Source: an uncultured virus (IMG/VR IMGVR_UViG_3300025277_000014)
Taxonomy: Duplodnaviria; Heunggongvirae; Uroviricota; Caudoviricetes
Length of the DNA: 64,000 nucleotides
Direction: 5' to 3' (one strand)
IMG/VR virus record: IMGVR_UViG_3300025277_000014
The position numbers and the translations under genes were made by a program. Below are positions 45,150-55,569 of the stretch, piece by piece; within the stretch, counting starts at the first letter, position 1; every line of letters begins with the position of its first letter. The notes under the pieces were generated by a model. It did not search any database. It saw only the letters and a program-made list of their open reading frames with translations, and had not been told where the DNA came from.

Positions 45150-46309
45150 TATACTATTCCTCTTCCTCGAGATGAGTCAGGATCTAGCCTGTTCATCAGG
45201 TTATACATTGATTTTGGTCCTCCCGCATTGTCAACGGCTTTTGCCGTCATGACGAACTCGCCGTCACTGAGCATCGCCGGTATCTTGTCCTCTTTCGGCC
45301 CTCCCGGTCCTCTGATCGAGCCAAATTTTCTTGGAAAAAATTGGGCAATTCCCGGATTCTCTTCCAGCCTGTCGGCTAAATCTCCAGCGGTTGAACCGCC
45401 ATTTGCGCGTGTGATATAACGGGGATTATACCCCATAATGCTTTCAACAGTGGGATCTTTTCGTCCTGGCATTCCTCCCCCCAATGTTCCTCGGTTAGGA
45501 TCAATGTAAGGTATTCCTCCCCCCTGATAACCTGTAATGCTCCTTGCTGTCGGGTCGGGGGACCGTCCCCTTGGATTCATTCCTCCTCCTAAAGACCCGC
45601 TGATGCGATTTCGATTCATGAAAGGATTTCCTCCCCCTTGCAGTCCTACGATTCCCCCCTCATTAACGCCAAGCGACGGACGACGATCAGGATCAATAAT
45701 AATCCCTTCTTCATCCACCTCGAAATCCTTATATTTATTGCCAGCAACATCATACTCCTTAACATCATAAGACGTGTCGGTGATAGGATCATAATGAAGC
45801 CCCCTGAAACGGTCTGTTGCTCTTTGCGGTCCTCCTGTTATGTCGTTATATTTTAAATCAATCTCGGATAGGCGATCCTCTTTACTCAGAGGTCCTTCTT
45901 TCTCATCCTCAAACTGTTTCTTGGCCAGCATGGACATAATAAGACTCATAAGCCCAGCCCCAGAATCAAATCCTTCTCCCTTTTTTCCTGATCCTCCTAA
46001 TAATGACCCTCCGGCTCCAGCAATATTCTTGAGAATTCCTGCAAGTCCAGATGCGTCTGTTCCTTGTTGATGAGTTAAAGGACCAGTAGATTTTGTACCA
46101 AAAGTCCCCAACATGTTCTTCATGAAATTCCCAAATCCGGATCCGCCAGTTGTCGTACTAGCACCGCCCATCATCGCGGGTATGCCATACATTGCTGCCA
46201 GAGCCATTAACATTTCAGGATTGTTCCTGAAAATATCCTTCCCACCGCTGAAGACATCTCGACCGGCTTTTTTTACCCGATCACGTATTTTTCTAAAAAA
46301 CTTTTGCAT
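45149..46309 (-). CDS. Putative internal virion protein with tape-measure-like C-terminal motif
   Basis: GPGGPKEDKIPAMLSDGEFVMTAKAV; several xxxGG motifs. Confidence 0.65.
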   Translation of the reverse strand: MQKFFRKIRDRVKKAGRDVFSGGKDIFRNNPEMLMALAAMYGIPAMMGGASTTTGGSGFGNFMKNMLGTFGTKSTGPLTHQQGTDASGLAGILKNIAGAGGSLLGGSGKKGEGFDSGAGLMSLIMSMLAKKQFEDEKEGPLSKEDRLSEIDLKYNDITGGPQRATDRFRGLHYDPITDTSYDVKEYDVAGNKYKDFEVDEEGIIIDPDRRPSLGVNEGGIVGLQGGGNPFMNRNRISGSLGGGMNPRGRSPDPTARSITGYQGGGIPYIDPNRGTLGGGMPGRKDPTVESIMGYNPRYITRANGGSTAGDLADRLEENPGIAQFFPRKFGSIRGPGGPKEDKIPAMLSDGEFVMTAKAVDNAGGPKSMYNLMNRLDPDSSRGRGIV

Positions 46310-46426
46310 AATCTCCTAATTCCGCAATTTATGTGATTGTTATTGGCAAGAAGGCTACGCTTGTAATTTTAGCCAATTTTATTCTATATTTATAGTCAAA
46401 TTCTTGGTATATGACAACAAGTAAAT

Positions 46427-47161
46427 ATGGCAAAGAAAGTTAAGACAGAATCAGCAGCACTTTTCAATCATAAGTTTGAAGCCATTAGGCCATTTGGTCC
46501 TACTGTTATTAAAGGAACAGTTCCCATGGATCTTATTCACTTACTGGATAAGAAAGCATCAAAATTGCTAGGAAGTAAGCAACTTTCCAAAGAATTTAAT
46601 CATGCACCCAATCTGGCGGGAAATGTTCACAAAGAAGTTCGTTATCCTTCATCGTGGATGAGTACCGAAGAATTCAAGCCGATGGTTGAGTTCATTGGAG
46701 AAATGGTAAAAGCTTATATCTCCATTCCCCCTGCAAGTGAAACCATCAGTCCTGAGTTTGTGGGCAAGCTCGTCATTCAATCAATGTGGACCGTGAGCCA
46801 GTGGGCGGGAGACTTTAATCCTTTTCACATTCATGAAGGACAACTGTCAGGAGTTATTTATTTACGCATTCCACCTGGATTAAAAGAAGAATACGAAAAA
46901 GAGGATCATTACCCAACAGTGGGAGATATTGTTTTTTATCACGGTCAAGCGGCGACGTTCAGCGGACATAAGTTGCAGTACACCCCTAAAGTGGGTGATG
47001 TATTCTTATTTCCCAATTGGCTCACACACGGCGTCTATCCTTTTAGAACCAAGAGACAGGAAAGACGATCTGTTTCCTTCAATCTTGAACTTATTAAGAA
47101 GGAGGGTTCAACAAGTGGAAACGCTGAAACATTACGTAACCAACAATTTTATAAAAAATAA
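46427..47161 (+). CDS. 2OG-Fe(II) oxygenase (HxH type)
   Basis: FNPFHIH..LSGVIY...HGVYPF...RRSVSFN. Confidence 0.85.
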   Translation: MAKKVKTESAALFNHKFEAIRPFGPTVIKGTVPMDLIHLLDKKASKLLGSKQLSKEFNHAPNLAGNVHKEVRYPSSWMSTEEFKPMVEFIGEMVKAYISIPPASETISPEFVGKLVIQSMWTVSQWAGDFNPFHIHEGQLSGVIYLRIPPGLKEEYEKEDHYPTVGDIVFYHGQAATFSGHKLQYTPKVGDVFLFPNWLTHGVYPFRTKRQERRSVSFNLELIKKEGSTSGNAETLRNQQFYKK

Positions 47162-47499
47162 TGAAAAAAGTGGCTCTTCCGAAGAAAGTCAATGCGGGAC
47201 CTTTTGAAGTAGAACTTATTCTTATTCCCCATGAGGTGGCTTATGAATCATCGGACTACCAAGGAAGTTTCGTTAGTAAGCCTCCCTTAAAAATTTATCT
47301 GGATGAGGACATAATTAATCTAGGGGGAAAGGATGCCATTAATGTGGTGATGCATGAAATGCTTCATGTGGGTTATTATCAATACCATCTCAAGGACAAG
47401 GAGGAGGAAACTCTGGTAAATTCTGTAGCCAATTTTTTAACGGAACTGCTGTCGCGTTCAGAATTGAAAGAGTGGATAATAGACAACATGAATAAATGA
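47161..47499 (+). CDS. HEXXH metallopeptidase-like protein
   Basis: MHEMLH followed by EEETLVN. Confidence 0.65.
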   Translation: MKKVALPKKVNAGPFEVELILIPHEVAYESSDYQGSFVSKPPLKIYLDEDIINLGGKDAINVVMHEMLHVGYYQYHLKDKEEETLVNSVANFLTELLSRSELKEWIIDNMNK

Positions 47500-48335
47500 A
47501 TAATTCATCCCTTAAAACTAAATCCAATGACAGTATTACTCCCCCCTCTATAAGAGTGTTTGTAGCCACTCCGTGTTATGGAGGGATGATCACCGTCAAT
47601 TATTTTGAAAGTTGCATGAAATTAATGGCCGAGTCCATACGAAAAGGAGTGGGGTTGCAGTTTGCCACCATTGGAAATGAATCATTGGTGACTAGGGCTC
47701 GTAACACACTGGTTCAGTTGTTTATGGATGATAAAAAAGAATACACGCATTTGATGTTTATTGACGCCGATATTGGTTTTGATTACAACACGATCTTTCG
47801 TATGTTGGACATAGACAAGGAAGTGGTGGCTTCCATCTATCCCCGCAAGGCTATTGATTGGAGAAAGGTAAAAAAGAAAGCTCAAGAAAAACCTGATGTC
47901 ACACCCGATGAACTCCACGCTTTTTCATTAGAATATAATTTAAATGTTAAGAATCCCGAACGTGTTGAAATGAAACAAGGTTTTATTGAAGTTATGGATG
48001 CCCCAACAGGCTTTATGCTCATAAAACGAAATGTCTTTAATAAAATGAAAATGGCCTATCCTGATCTCAAGTTCACCAATGACCAGCATTTGGGACAGCC
48101 TCATGAAACCAAGTTCAAGTACCATGACACATCGGACTGGAACTACGCCTTTTTCGACACAATGATTGATCCAGATTCCAAAAGATACTTGTCAGAAGAC
48201 TATGCATTCTGTAGATTATGGCAGAAGATTGGTGGTACCGTTTATGCGGACATAATGAGCGGACTAACGCATTATGGAACCTATGCTTTCAAAGGAAATG
48301 TAGGCACTCAATTCTTGCCACCAGAGAAGAAGTAA
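47496..48335 (+). CDS. Glycosyltransferase-like protein (GT-A fold)
   Basis: VATPCYGG, SLVTRARN, FIDAD (DxD), TGFMLIKR, YLSEDYAFC. Confidence 0.78.
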   Translation: MNNSSLKTKSNDSITPPSIRVFVATPCYGGMITVNYFESCMKLMAESIRKGVGLQFATIGNESLVTRARNTLVQLFMDDKKEYTHLMFIDADIGFDYNTIFRMLDIDKEVVASIYPRKAIDWRKVKKKAQEKPDVTPDELHAFSLEYNLNVKNPERVEMKQGFIEVMDAPTGFMLIKRNVFNKMKMAYPDLKFTNDQHLGQPHETKFKYHDTSDWNYAFFDTMIDPDSKRYLSEDYAFCRLWQKIGGTVYADIMSGLTHYGTYAFKGNVGTQFLPPEKK

Positions 48336-48351
48336 CTTATTATACACTATT

Positions 48352-50199
48352 ATGGAACTGACCGATTTAAAATTTCAACCAGGAATAGACAAGCAGGATT
48401 CACCTTATGCGGCCGGTGATGATCGACGCTATGTGAACTCTGATTTTGTTCGGTTTCATTACGGAAAACCAGAGCGTTGGAACGGATGGGATTATCTTCC
48501 TAATCCTAATACAACAATCGTGGGCGTGGTCCGTGATACGCATGCGTGGCTAAGTCTGGACGGAACAAGGCATCTTGCCTTGGGAACCGACAGGAAACTT
48601 TATGTTTTTACGGGAGGAGTGTTTAATGACATTACCCCCATACGATCAGGACCAGATTCCCTTACCAATCCTTTCACGACCAACGGTACGACGACCGTTT
48701 CCGTAGCTGATGCGGCGCATGGAGCTAGTCAGGGAGATTTTGTGACTTTTGATTCATTCTCCACCCTTGACGGCTTGGACATGAATAATGAATTTGAAAT
48801 CACCACCATCACGGATACGGATAACTACACCGTTACCCATACAGACACAGCCTCGGGATCCACGTCAGGTGGAGGAGGAACAGGAAATGCTAATTATCAA
48901 CTCTCTATTGGAGAATCAACATCCACTTTTGGATATGGATGGGGTACCTCCACATGGGGAGCCAGTACATGGGGAACAGCCCGTTCATCATCTAGTGTGG
49001 TAATTTACGCACGAAACTGGTCACTTGATAATTTTGGGGAGGACTTGATTGCAACGGTCATTAATGGCGGAACTTATAAATGGGATCTTTCAGGAGGTGT
49101 CTCTAACAGAGCGGCAGTTGTTACCAACGCGCCGACAGCGTCTCGGTTTAGTTTAGTATCGGCCGATACAAGACATTTGTTTTGTTTAGGAACAGAGACA
49201 ACGATCGCAAATACAGCCACGCAGGATGACTTATTCTTTAGGTGGTCGGATAGGGAAGACCTTACGGATTGGACTCCCGTGGCGGCCAATGAAGCGGGAT
49301 CTCTTCGTATTGCGGATGGATCAAGAATTATTGGAGCGGTCAAATCAACAGGACAAATACTTGTGTGGACGGATAAATCCTTGCACGGTATCCAATTTGT
49401 TGGAACACCTTATACTTTTGGACAGCGTCAATTAGGTGCTAATTGCGGATTAATCGCTCAGCATGCCTGCATAGATGTAAACGGTAGAGCTTACTGGATG
49501 GGAGAAAATTCCTTTTACATGTATGATGGTGTGGTTAAAAAAATGCCTTGTTCCGTACAGGACTTTGTGTTTGATGACATCAGTTTCACTAATAAAAATG
49601 ACATTGCATGTGGACTAAACACCGAGTTTAATGAAATTTTTTGGTACTATGCTACCGCCAGTGCCACTCAAATTGACGCAGGGGTTGTCTATAATTATTT
49701 GGAAAACACATGGTATACCATCAGCCTTGACCGTACGAGTTGGTTAGCCGCTGAAATATATGAACAGCCTATCGCCACTCAATACAGTACAACTTTAACG
49801 GCTAATTCCGCGACTATTATGGGTTTAACGGCGGGAGCCTCTTATACATATGAACACGAGAAAGGAAATAATCAGGCCGATGGTACGGCGATTAGTGCAA
49901 GCCTGACTACGGGCTCCATTGAAATTGCCTCAGGGGATAATCTCATGTCTGTCAGCAAATTCGTTCCTGACTTTACTAATCTAACAAATAATGTTGCTGT
50001 TACATTGACTCTGGAACAATATCCACAATCAGCATCTAATGTGACAACAACAGGAAACGTCACGTCTTCAACACAGAAAATTGACATACGGGGAAGGGGA
50101 AGGTCCGTGAACCTCGCTTTTGTATCCAATACTGTGGATGATACGAACTGGAGGCTCGGCTCCATGAAACTGCAGCTTAGACCAGACGGGAGGAGATAA
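48352..50199 (+). CDS. Tail nozzle/DNA-stabilisation protein (P22 gp10-like)
   Basis: 615 aa beta-propeller-like; RWSDRED, PDGRR C-terminus. Confidence 0.7.
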   Translation: MELTDLKFQPGIDKQDSPYAAGDDRRYVNSDFVRFHYGKPERWNGWDYLPNPNTTIVGVVRDTHAWLSLDGTRHLALGTDRKLYVFTGGVFNDITPIRSGPDSLTNPFTTNGTTTVSVADAAHGASQGDFVTFDSFSTLDGLDMNNEFEITTITDTDNYTVTHTDTASGSTSGGGGTGNANYQLSIGESTSTFGYGWGTSTWGASTWGTARSSSSVVIYARNWSLDNFGEDLIATVINGGTYKWDLSGGVSNRAAVVTNAPTASRFSLVSADTRHLFCLGTETTIANTATQDDLFFRWSDREDLTDWTPVAANEAGSLRIADGSRIIGAVKSTGQILVWTDKSLHGIQFVGTPYTFGQRQLGANCGLIAQHACIDVNGRAYWMGENSFYMYDGVVKKMPCSVQDFVFDDISFTNKNDIACGLNTEFNEIFWYYATASATQIDAGVVYNYLENTWYTISLDRTSWLAAEIYEQPIATQYSTTLTANSATIMGLTAGASYTYEHEKGNNQADGTAISASLTTGSIEIASGDNLMSVSKFVPDFTNLTNNVAVTLTLEQYPQSASNVTTTGNVTSSTQKIDIRGRGRSVNLAFVSNTVDDTNWRLGSMKLQLRPDGRR

Positions 50200-50366
50200 T
50201 GGCTAAAATTACCATTACACGTTTACCTAACGCGACACCCGAGTATGAAAGTGGTCAGTTTGATCAAATGATCCGTCTTTTGGAGCAAATTATCTTGGTG
50301 CTTAATACTTCCTATGCTCAGGACATAGAAGAACAAAGTAGCGGAAGGAGTTGGTTCCTTGGCTGA
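50199..50366 (+). CDS. 55-aa putative virion protein (MAKITITRLPNATPEY...)
   Basis: TAATG coupling, GGAG RBS; translated by hand. Confidence 0.75.
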   Translation: MAKITITRLPNATPEYESGQFDQMIRLLEQIILVLNTSYAQDIEEQSSGRSWFLG

Positions 50367-50727
50367 TACATATAAAAATATTGGCCTAGATATGACCACT
50401 ACTGGTCCTACAACCATTTACACTGTTCCAACGGCTAATCCAGGGGCATTACCCCCTGTTTTTCCAACCACAGCCGTAGTTAAATCTATCCTCATATGCA
50501 ATGATTCTGCTAACACCACCGAGTATACCATAGAATGGACTGACAGTAGTGCTTCGGCAACCTATAAAATTACCAACGATAAGACCATTGCTACCGATAC
50601 GACCTATGAAGTTTTATTACAGCCTCTGGTTCTGGAGGAATCGGACTTAATTAAAATAACTGCGAATGCCGCCAATGAGATTCACATTACAATGAGCTTT
50701 TTAGAAACAACAAAAGGAGCACTCTAA
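50359..50727 (+). CDS. Putative virion structural protein
   Basis: TIYTVP...KSILICN...PLVLEESD beta-sandwich pattern; AGGAG RBS with TTG start. Confidence 0.7.
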   Translation: MADTYKNIGLDMTTTGPTTIYTVPTANPGALPPVFPTTAVVKSILICNDSANTTEYTIEWTDSSASATYKITNDKTIATDTTYEVLLQPLVLEESDLIKITANAANEIHITMSFLETTKGAL

Positions 50728-51320
50728 TCGAACTTCATTCATTATTTATTACCCCTGTTTTTTCAGTAAATTTCACCACTGGCGATTATGGTGACTTAAT
50801 TAAAGCCATCCGAGAGGTTCAAAAAGAAGATCCAAAAGGGATTCAAAAAACAAATCAAGGAGGATGGCATAGTCGTGACGATCTTCAAGAGGACAAGCGT
50901 TTTGGTGTCATTAAAGCGGATATCATTCACTACTGCATAGAAGCATTGGATCATTTAAGGGTAGAGGATCACTGTGAACCTGAGCTTACTGGTATGTGGG
51001 CCATGATCAATGGTCCAGGAACCTATAACAAATTGCATTCTCACCCCCATAATTATCTCTCGGGAGCTTTTTATCTGCAAGTTCCAGAGAACAGCGGAAA
51101 ATTAACTTTTCATAATCCTCGCCCCCAATCTGAAGTTCTTGCCCCTCCTATGAAGACGGATCAATCCATTCATTTAGCCCCACGCGTGGGGTGGCAGCCA
51201 AAAGTTAAGGACTTGCTTATTTTTCCAGCATGGCTTAATCATGAAGTGGAAATTAACAATTCAAAAGAGGATAGAATTATGTTAAGTTTTAATGCTAAAA
51301 TACAAAGGAAATTAAATTAG
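50727..51320 (+). CDS. 2OG-Fe(II) oxygenase (TIGR02466-like), apparent ATC start
   Basis: Frame open from 50727: IELHSLFITPVF...NQGGWHS...HSH...H..R; AAAGGAG 7 nt upstream of ATC. Confidence 0.8.
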   Translation: MELHSLFITPVFSVNFTTGDYGDLIKAIREVQKEDPKGIQKTNQGGWHSRDDLQEDKRFGVIKADIIHYCIEALDHLRVEDHCEPELTGMWAMINGPGTYNKLHSHPHNYLSGAFYLQVPENSGKLTFHNPRPQSEVLAPPMKTDQSIHLAPRVGWQPKVKDLLIFPAWLNHEVEINNSKEDRIMLSFNAKIQRKLN

Positions 51321-51578
51321 ATGGCTAAAATCGTAGAACCAGCAGAACTTCTAGGGCATATGGATACATCGGATGGGAGAAGAATTCCGCGCTATAAGTG
51401 TAAAAGTGAAACTACTCTTACCAATACAGTAACGGGAGAGGAATATGATTCAGAAAACGCCATGCAATCAGATGTTGATAATCCTTCCACAGCGACACAA
51501 GAGGGGCATATTAGACGAGATGTTAAGATTTTTGCACCATCACTGGCGGATATGGTAGGGGAAGTTCCTAAAGATTAG
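51321..51578 (+). CDS. Hypothetical protein
   Basis: NTVTGEEY...IRRDVKI; abuts upstream stop. Confidence 0.7.
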   Translation: MAKIVEPAELLGHMDTSDGRRIPRYKCKSETTLTNTVTGEEYDSENAMQSDVDNPSTATQEGHIRRDVKIFAPSLADMVGEVPKD

Positions 51579-51790
51579 GCACTACAAGCTTCACATTCAA
51601 TCTCAGTTTCATTGCCGTTAAGCATTACTTTTTCATCAGAAGTATCATGACATCCGCACCCTTTAAGGTGTTTGGACAGTGTCTTTTCTAGTCTTAAATT
51701 ATCTCTCTCCGTAGCTAATAAACGTTCGTGGTAGCGGCTCACCTTGTCAGCGAGGACAGCTATAGCCTTCAATACTTCCTGATTTTCCAT
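51575..51790 (-). CDS. 71-aa coiled-coil protein ending in ECEACSA
   Basis: AGGAG RBS; CGC and terminal CxxC. Confidence 0.7.
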   Translation of the reverse strand: MENQEVLKAIAVLADKVSRYHERLLATERDNLRLEKTLSKHLKGCGCHDTSDEKVMLNGNETEIECEACSA

Positions 51791-51926
51791 TTTTTTCTCC
51801 TGATTTAAATTTTTGGGTGAGAACCAATTTAAACACATCTTTGATCTAAATCAAGACGATTAATGTCAAATTATGATAATAGTTTTCTTGACAAAGAAAT
51901 TATGCTATGGAAGGGGCAGAAATAGG

Positions 51927-52469
51927 ATGACAGAATTAAAGACAATAGACGAATTAATTCTAAAGAAAATAAGTGTATACTATACCTCTTTAGAGAACAT
52001 GCATTTGTTGGAAACAGTGCATTCCTATATTGAGAATAACAAAGATAAGTTTACCGAAAAATCATGGAACTGTAATATTAAAACCTCTAAAACAATATCC
52101 CAAAATATTTTGTATGACATAGAAGAGTTTAATCATTTAGCCACTAGTTTAGAAAATATTATTAAAGAACTTTTATATAAAAATTTTAAAAAATACACCC
52201 CGTTTATGATTTTTGAATCATGGATAAATATTTTAGGGGAGCATGGTTATCAAGAACCCCACCTACATGGCGACTGCGGATCTGCTGTTTTATATCTAAC
52301 AGAGAATAATTCTGAAATTGAATTTATTATTTACCCAGAGGATTTACGAAAAGCAATAGTCCCTAAAAAAGGTGCTGTTTTATTGTTTGACGGAACCACC
52401 TATCATAGAGTTGTAGAATCAAAACACGAAAGAATGTCTCTGGCTTTTAACTTTAATTTATTAAAATGA
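51927..52469 (+). CDS. 2OG-Fe(II) oxygenase (HxH type)
   Basis: WIN...YQEPHLH...HRV...RMSLAFN. Confidence 0.85.
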   Translation: MTELKTIDELILKKISVYYTSLENMHLLETVHSYIENNKDKFTEKSWNCNIKTSKTISQNILYDIEEFNHLATSLENIIKELLYKNFKKYTPFMIFESWINILGEHGYQEPHLHGDCGSAVLYLTENNSEIEFIIYPEDLRKAIVPKKGAVLLFDGTTYHRVVESKHERMSLAFNFNLLK

Positions 52470-53065
52470 AAGCAGAAGTTATTACAGATTCTTTTTTTAT
52501 TGGCCATTATAAAATAGCCAATAAATACATTAAAGATCTTAATAAAAGATATGAAGCTGCGAAGGACGGTTTAAAGAGTTACGGTCCCCGTTTAGCGGGG
52601 AGACTGGATAGTGAATTAGAAATGTTAAACATTATACAATCAACGGATTCTTTTCCTCAAATTGTTAAATGCATGGACAAACATATGAAACAAAGCATTG
52701 AATTTAAATGCCTACCCCGTAAATCTTATGATTTGGATATTATAGGATGCTGGATAAATGATATGAAAGCGGGGGAATATAATCCTCCCCATACTCACCA
52801 TGACGGATCTGGCTGGTCAACAGTTTTATTTTTAAAGGTTCCCGAATTCATTAACGATGCAAAAGATCCCCATAAATTCAAGGATGGGGCGCTGTGTTTT
52901 ATAATGGGAGGAGACACCACTTATTATGTTACCCCTAAAGTTGGGGATTTTTATATCTTTCACGCCCGTCACCAACATTGTGTAATGCCCTTTAAAACCA
53001 AGGGCGCTAAAGCAGTTCGTCGATCCATGTCTTTTAATTTTATTGCAAAGAAGGAGGAGAAATAA
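52466..53065 (+). CDS. 2OG-Fe(II) oxygenase (HxH type)
   Basis: EYNPPHTH...HCVMPF...RRSMSFN. Confidence 0.85.
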   Translation: MKAEVITDSFFIGHYKIANKYIKDLNKRYEAAKDGLKSYGPRLAGRLDSELEMLNIIQSTDSFPQIVKCMDKHMKQSIEFKCLPRKSYDLDIIGCWINDMKAGEYNPPHTHHDGSGWSTVLFLKVPEFINDAKDPHKFKDGALCFIMGGDTTYYVTPKVGDFYIFHARHQHCVMPFKTKGAKAVRRSMSFNFIAKKEEK

Positions 53066-53692
53066 ATGAAAACAAACAATATTCCTCCCCCTTTCGTGAA
53101 GCAAATGATGTTTGGCACTTTGGTCATGGAGTTTAATTTGAAGATAACATGCCCAGAAGTGAGAGAGCCCTTATTAAAGGAAATAAAGAAATGGATTAAA
53201 AAAGACCCTGGGGTGGTAATTTCAAACATGGGGGGATGGCACTCCCCACTGACGCATACGGGAGTCTTGGGGAAGCTAACTAAAATCATTGCTGATGAAT
53301 ACGCACCAATTTATGGACAGGCGATGGGATGGGATCTTGATAATAGAAAATTTTTTTCAGAAAGCGGGGCGTGGGCCAATGTCAATCCACCGGGAGCATC
53401 AAACAACACCCATGTCCACTGCAACAGCGTTCTCGCGGCAATTTATTACGTGGAAACGCACGGACCTGAACAAGGATCTCTTTTTTTTGAAGATCCTCGG
53501 TCATCCGCTGTACAGAATCTTCCTGCGATAAAGGAGTTTAATTACCTAAATACCCGTAGTATCGAACGCGTTCCCCAAGACCATGACTTACTTCTCTTTC
53601 CCCCTTGGCTTCCTCACAGAGTGGCGCTTAACAAAAGCAAGAAAAGAAGAATATCCGTATCTGTTAATTTTAGCGTGGGGGCACCAGTATGA
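53066..53692 (+). CDS. 2OG-Fe(II) oxygenase (TIGR02466-like)
   Basis: SNMGGWHS, WANVN, HVH, WLPHRV, RISVSVN. Confidence 0.88.
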   Translation: MKTNNIPPPFVKQMMFGTLVMEFNLKITCPEVREPLLKEIKKWIKKDPGVVISNMGGWHSPLTHTGVLGKLTKIIADEYAPIYGQAMGWDLDNRKFFSESGAWANVNPPGASNNTHVHCNSVLAAIYYVETHGPEQGSLFFEDPRSSAVQNLPAIKEFNYLNTRSIERVPQDHDLLLFPPWLPHRVALNKSKKRRISVSVNFSVGAPV

Positions 53693-54348
53693 GATACCCC
53701 CCAAGCAATTTATTGGAGGAGGGAATGAATCTTGAAATAATTAAACATAATATTTTTATTGACGAAGCATGGTCTTTTACAATGCCTAATCACGAAAAGT
53801 GGAGGAAAGAAATTAAAAATATAATACTCGTAGAAAACAATAAAGAAATACATAAGCACACAACAATTCCAGAAGAAGACTGTAACGTTAAAGCTAGAAG
53901 AACCGCATGGGATTCTCATTTTCGATATCCTCAGATACGATCCTTAACTGATGAATTATCAAACATTATAGGGGGTTGGGTTAAGAAAGAAAATTTTGAT
54001 GCTCCTTCGATCTTGATACAAGACTGTTGGATTAATTGGTATAATAAAAATGATCATGCAGTGCCCCACGATCATCCATCCCATTTATCATTAGTCTATT
54101 TTGTAGAGGTGGAAGGTTCAGGAGCAGAGTTTTTATTTCACAAACCTGGTAGATTTGCATTAATAAGAAAAGAAAACAATGAAACATTTTGTAATAATAT
54201 TCAATCCGTGAAAGTAAAAAATGGAACTGTACTCATGTTTAATGGGTCTTTAGCACACGCCGTCACTCCTAATTTATCTAATAGCCCTCGTATAACTTTC
54301 GCTGCCAATTATGAAGTAAGGTATCACGAAAAAAGGGAGGATTATTAA
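53689..54348 (+). CDS. 2OG-Fe(II) oxygenase (HxH type)
   Basis: WINWY...PHDH...HAVTPN...RITFAAN. Confidence 0.85.
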   Translation: MRYPPSNLLEEGMNLEIIKHNIFIDEAWSFTMPNHEKWRKEIKNIILVENNKEIHKHTTIPEEDCNVKARRTAWDSHFRYPQIRSLTDELSNIIGGWVKKENFDAPSILIQDCWINWYNKNDHAVPHDHPSHLSLVYFVEVEGSGAEFLFHKPGRFALIRKENNETFCNNIQSVKVKNGTVLMFNGSLAHAVTPNLSNSPRITFAANYEVRYHEKREDY

Positions 54349-55032
54349 ATGTTTGAAAAGAAAATAACTTTCATTGCCACTGATAAAGATTATGAAAATA
54401 TATGGCCTCATCCCCGAGCTGCAAATCATTTTATTCCGCAAAATTATAAAAATTTAAAACGTCATGAGGATAAGAATCTTCACAAACCAACGGTTAAGAC
54501 ATGCATCCCTTTTTTAGATGCCTTAACTTTTGGATATATTATTCCTTTTGACCAAGATTATATTGTGGATGCAACGGAGACTGATTTAAGTATTTCATCT
54601 GCCAACAAAGAACCTGAACCTGCGGGATTTCATAGTAAGACCCAACTTCCGTTAGGAGATGACAAGGGAAAAGAAAACGCAGGAAAATTTCATAACAAAT
54701 GGCTAATTAGAACCCCACCAGGATATAGCTGTTTATTTATTCAACCCCTTAATCGGACAGAAGAACGTTTTGAAGTCATATCAGGAGTGGTGGATACGGA
54801 TACGTACATTAATGTAATTAATTTTCCTTTTCATTGGAAAAAATGGACTCAGCAAACCATTTTGAAAAAAGGAGAATCCATGGTTCAAGTAATTCCATTT
54901 AAACGAGAGTCATGGAAAAAATGGTCTGGCTTTGTAATGGAAGTAGCCCATGGTCAAACCCTTCGACTTCTGGAAAGTAAGTTTATGGATCGGTATAAAA
55001 AAATGTTCTGGAATAAAAAAAGTTTTAAATAA
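54349..55032 (+). CDS. DUF6065-like protein
   Basis: TVKTCIPFLDA, W.IRTPPGYS, GVVDTD, QVIPFKRE. Confidence 0.65.
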   Translation: MFEKKITFIATDKDYENIWPHPRAANHFIPQNYKNLKRHEDKNLHKPTVKTCIPFLDALTFGYIIPFDQDYIVDATETDLSISSANKEPEPAGFHSKTQLPLGDDKGKENAGKFHNKWLIRTPPGYSCLFIQPLNRTEERFEVISGVVDTDTYINVINFPFHWKKWTQQTILKKGESMVQVIPFKRESWKKWSGFVMEVAHGQTLRLLESKFMDRYKKMFWNKKSFK

Positions 55033-55569
55033 ATGAAAAAATTAAGTGATTTTGTGAGATGCTACGAAAATGTAATTGACAAGAAGTTATGTGAAAAAAT
55101 TGTCAATCAAAAAGATCTTACATTTTCACCCGCTACTACGGGAGGATATGATAAAGTAAATCCTGATTATAGGAGGTGCTATATGAAATACTTAGATAAT
55201 AAATTTGATAAAAATATTTTTAATATAATAGGTAAAATTATTATTAAATATAAAAAGGAAATCCCAGATTTTTACACAGGACTAACGATTACAGACACAG
55301 GGTATGAGCATCTTTTATACAGGGGAAGTGAAAAAGGAGAATATAAAGAACACACTGATAATTCGGATACATCTCCTCGTGTTTTAAGCTGTTCTTTAAT
55401 TTTAAATGATGATTATGAAGGAGGCAATTTTGCGTTTTTCGGAGGAGAATACATAGTTCCCAAGAAAGCTGGTAGTGCTGTTGTTTTTCCGAGTAATTTC
55501 TGTTTTCCCCATGCAGTCACCCCTGTTACAAAAGGAAATCGACACGCCGTCATCACTTGGATTCACTAA
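55033..55569 (+). CDS. 2OG-Fe(II) oxygenase (prolyl-4-hydroxylase-like)
   Basis: HTD...LNDDYEGG...HAVTPV..G.R. Confidence 0.88.
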   Translation: MKKLSDFVRCYENVIDKKLCEKIVNQKDLTFSPATTGGYDKVNPDYRRCYMKYLDNKFDKNIFNIIGKIIIKYKKEIPDFYTGLTITDTGYEHLLYRGSEKGEYKEHTDNSDTSPRVLSCSLILNDDYEGGNFAFFGGEYIVPKKAGSAVVFPSNFCFPHAVTPVTKGNRHAVITWIH

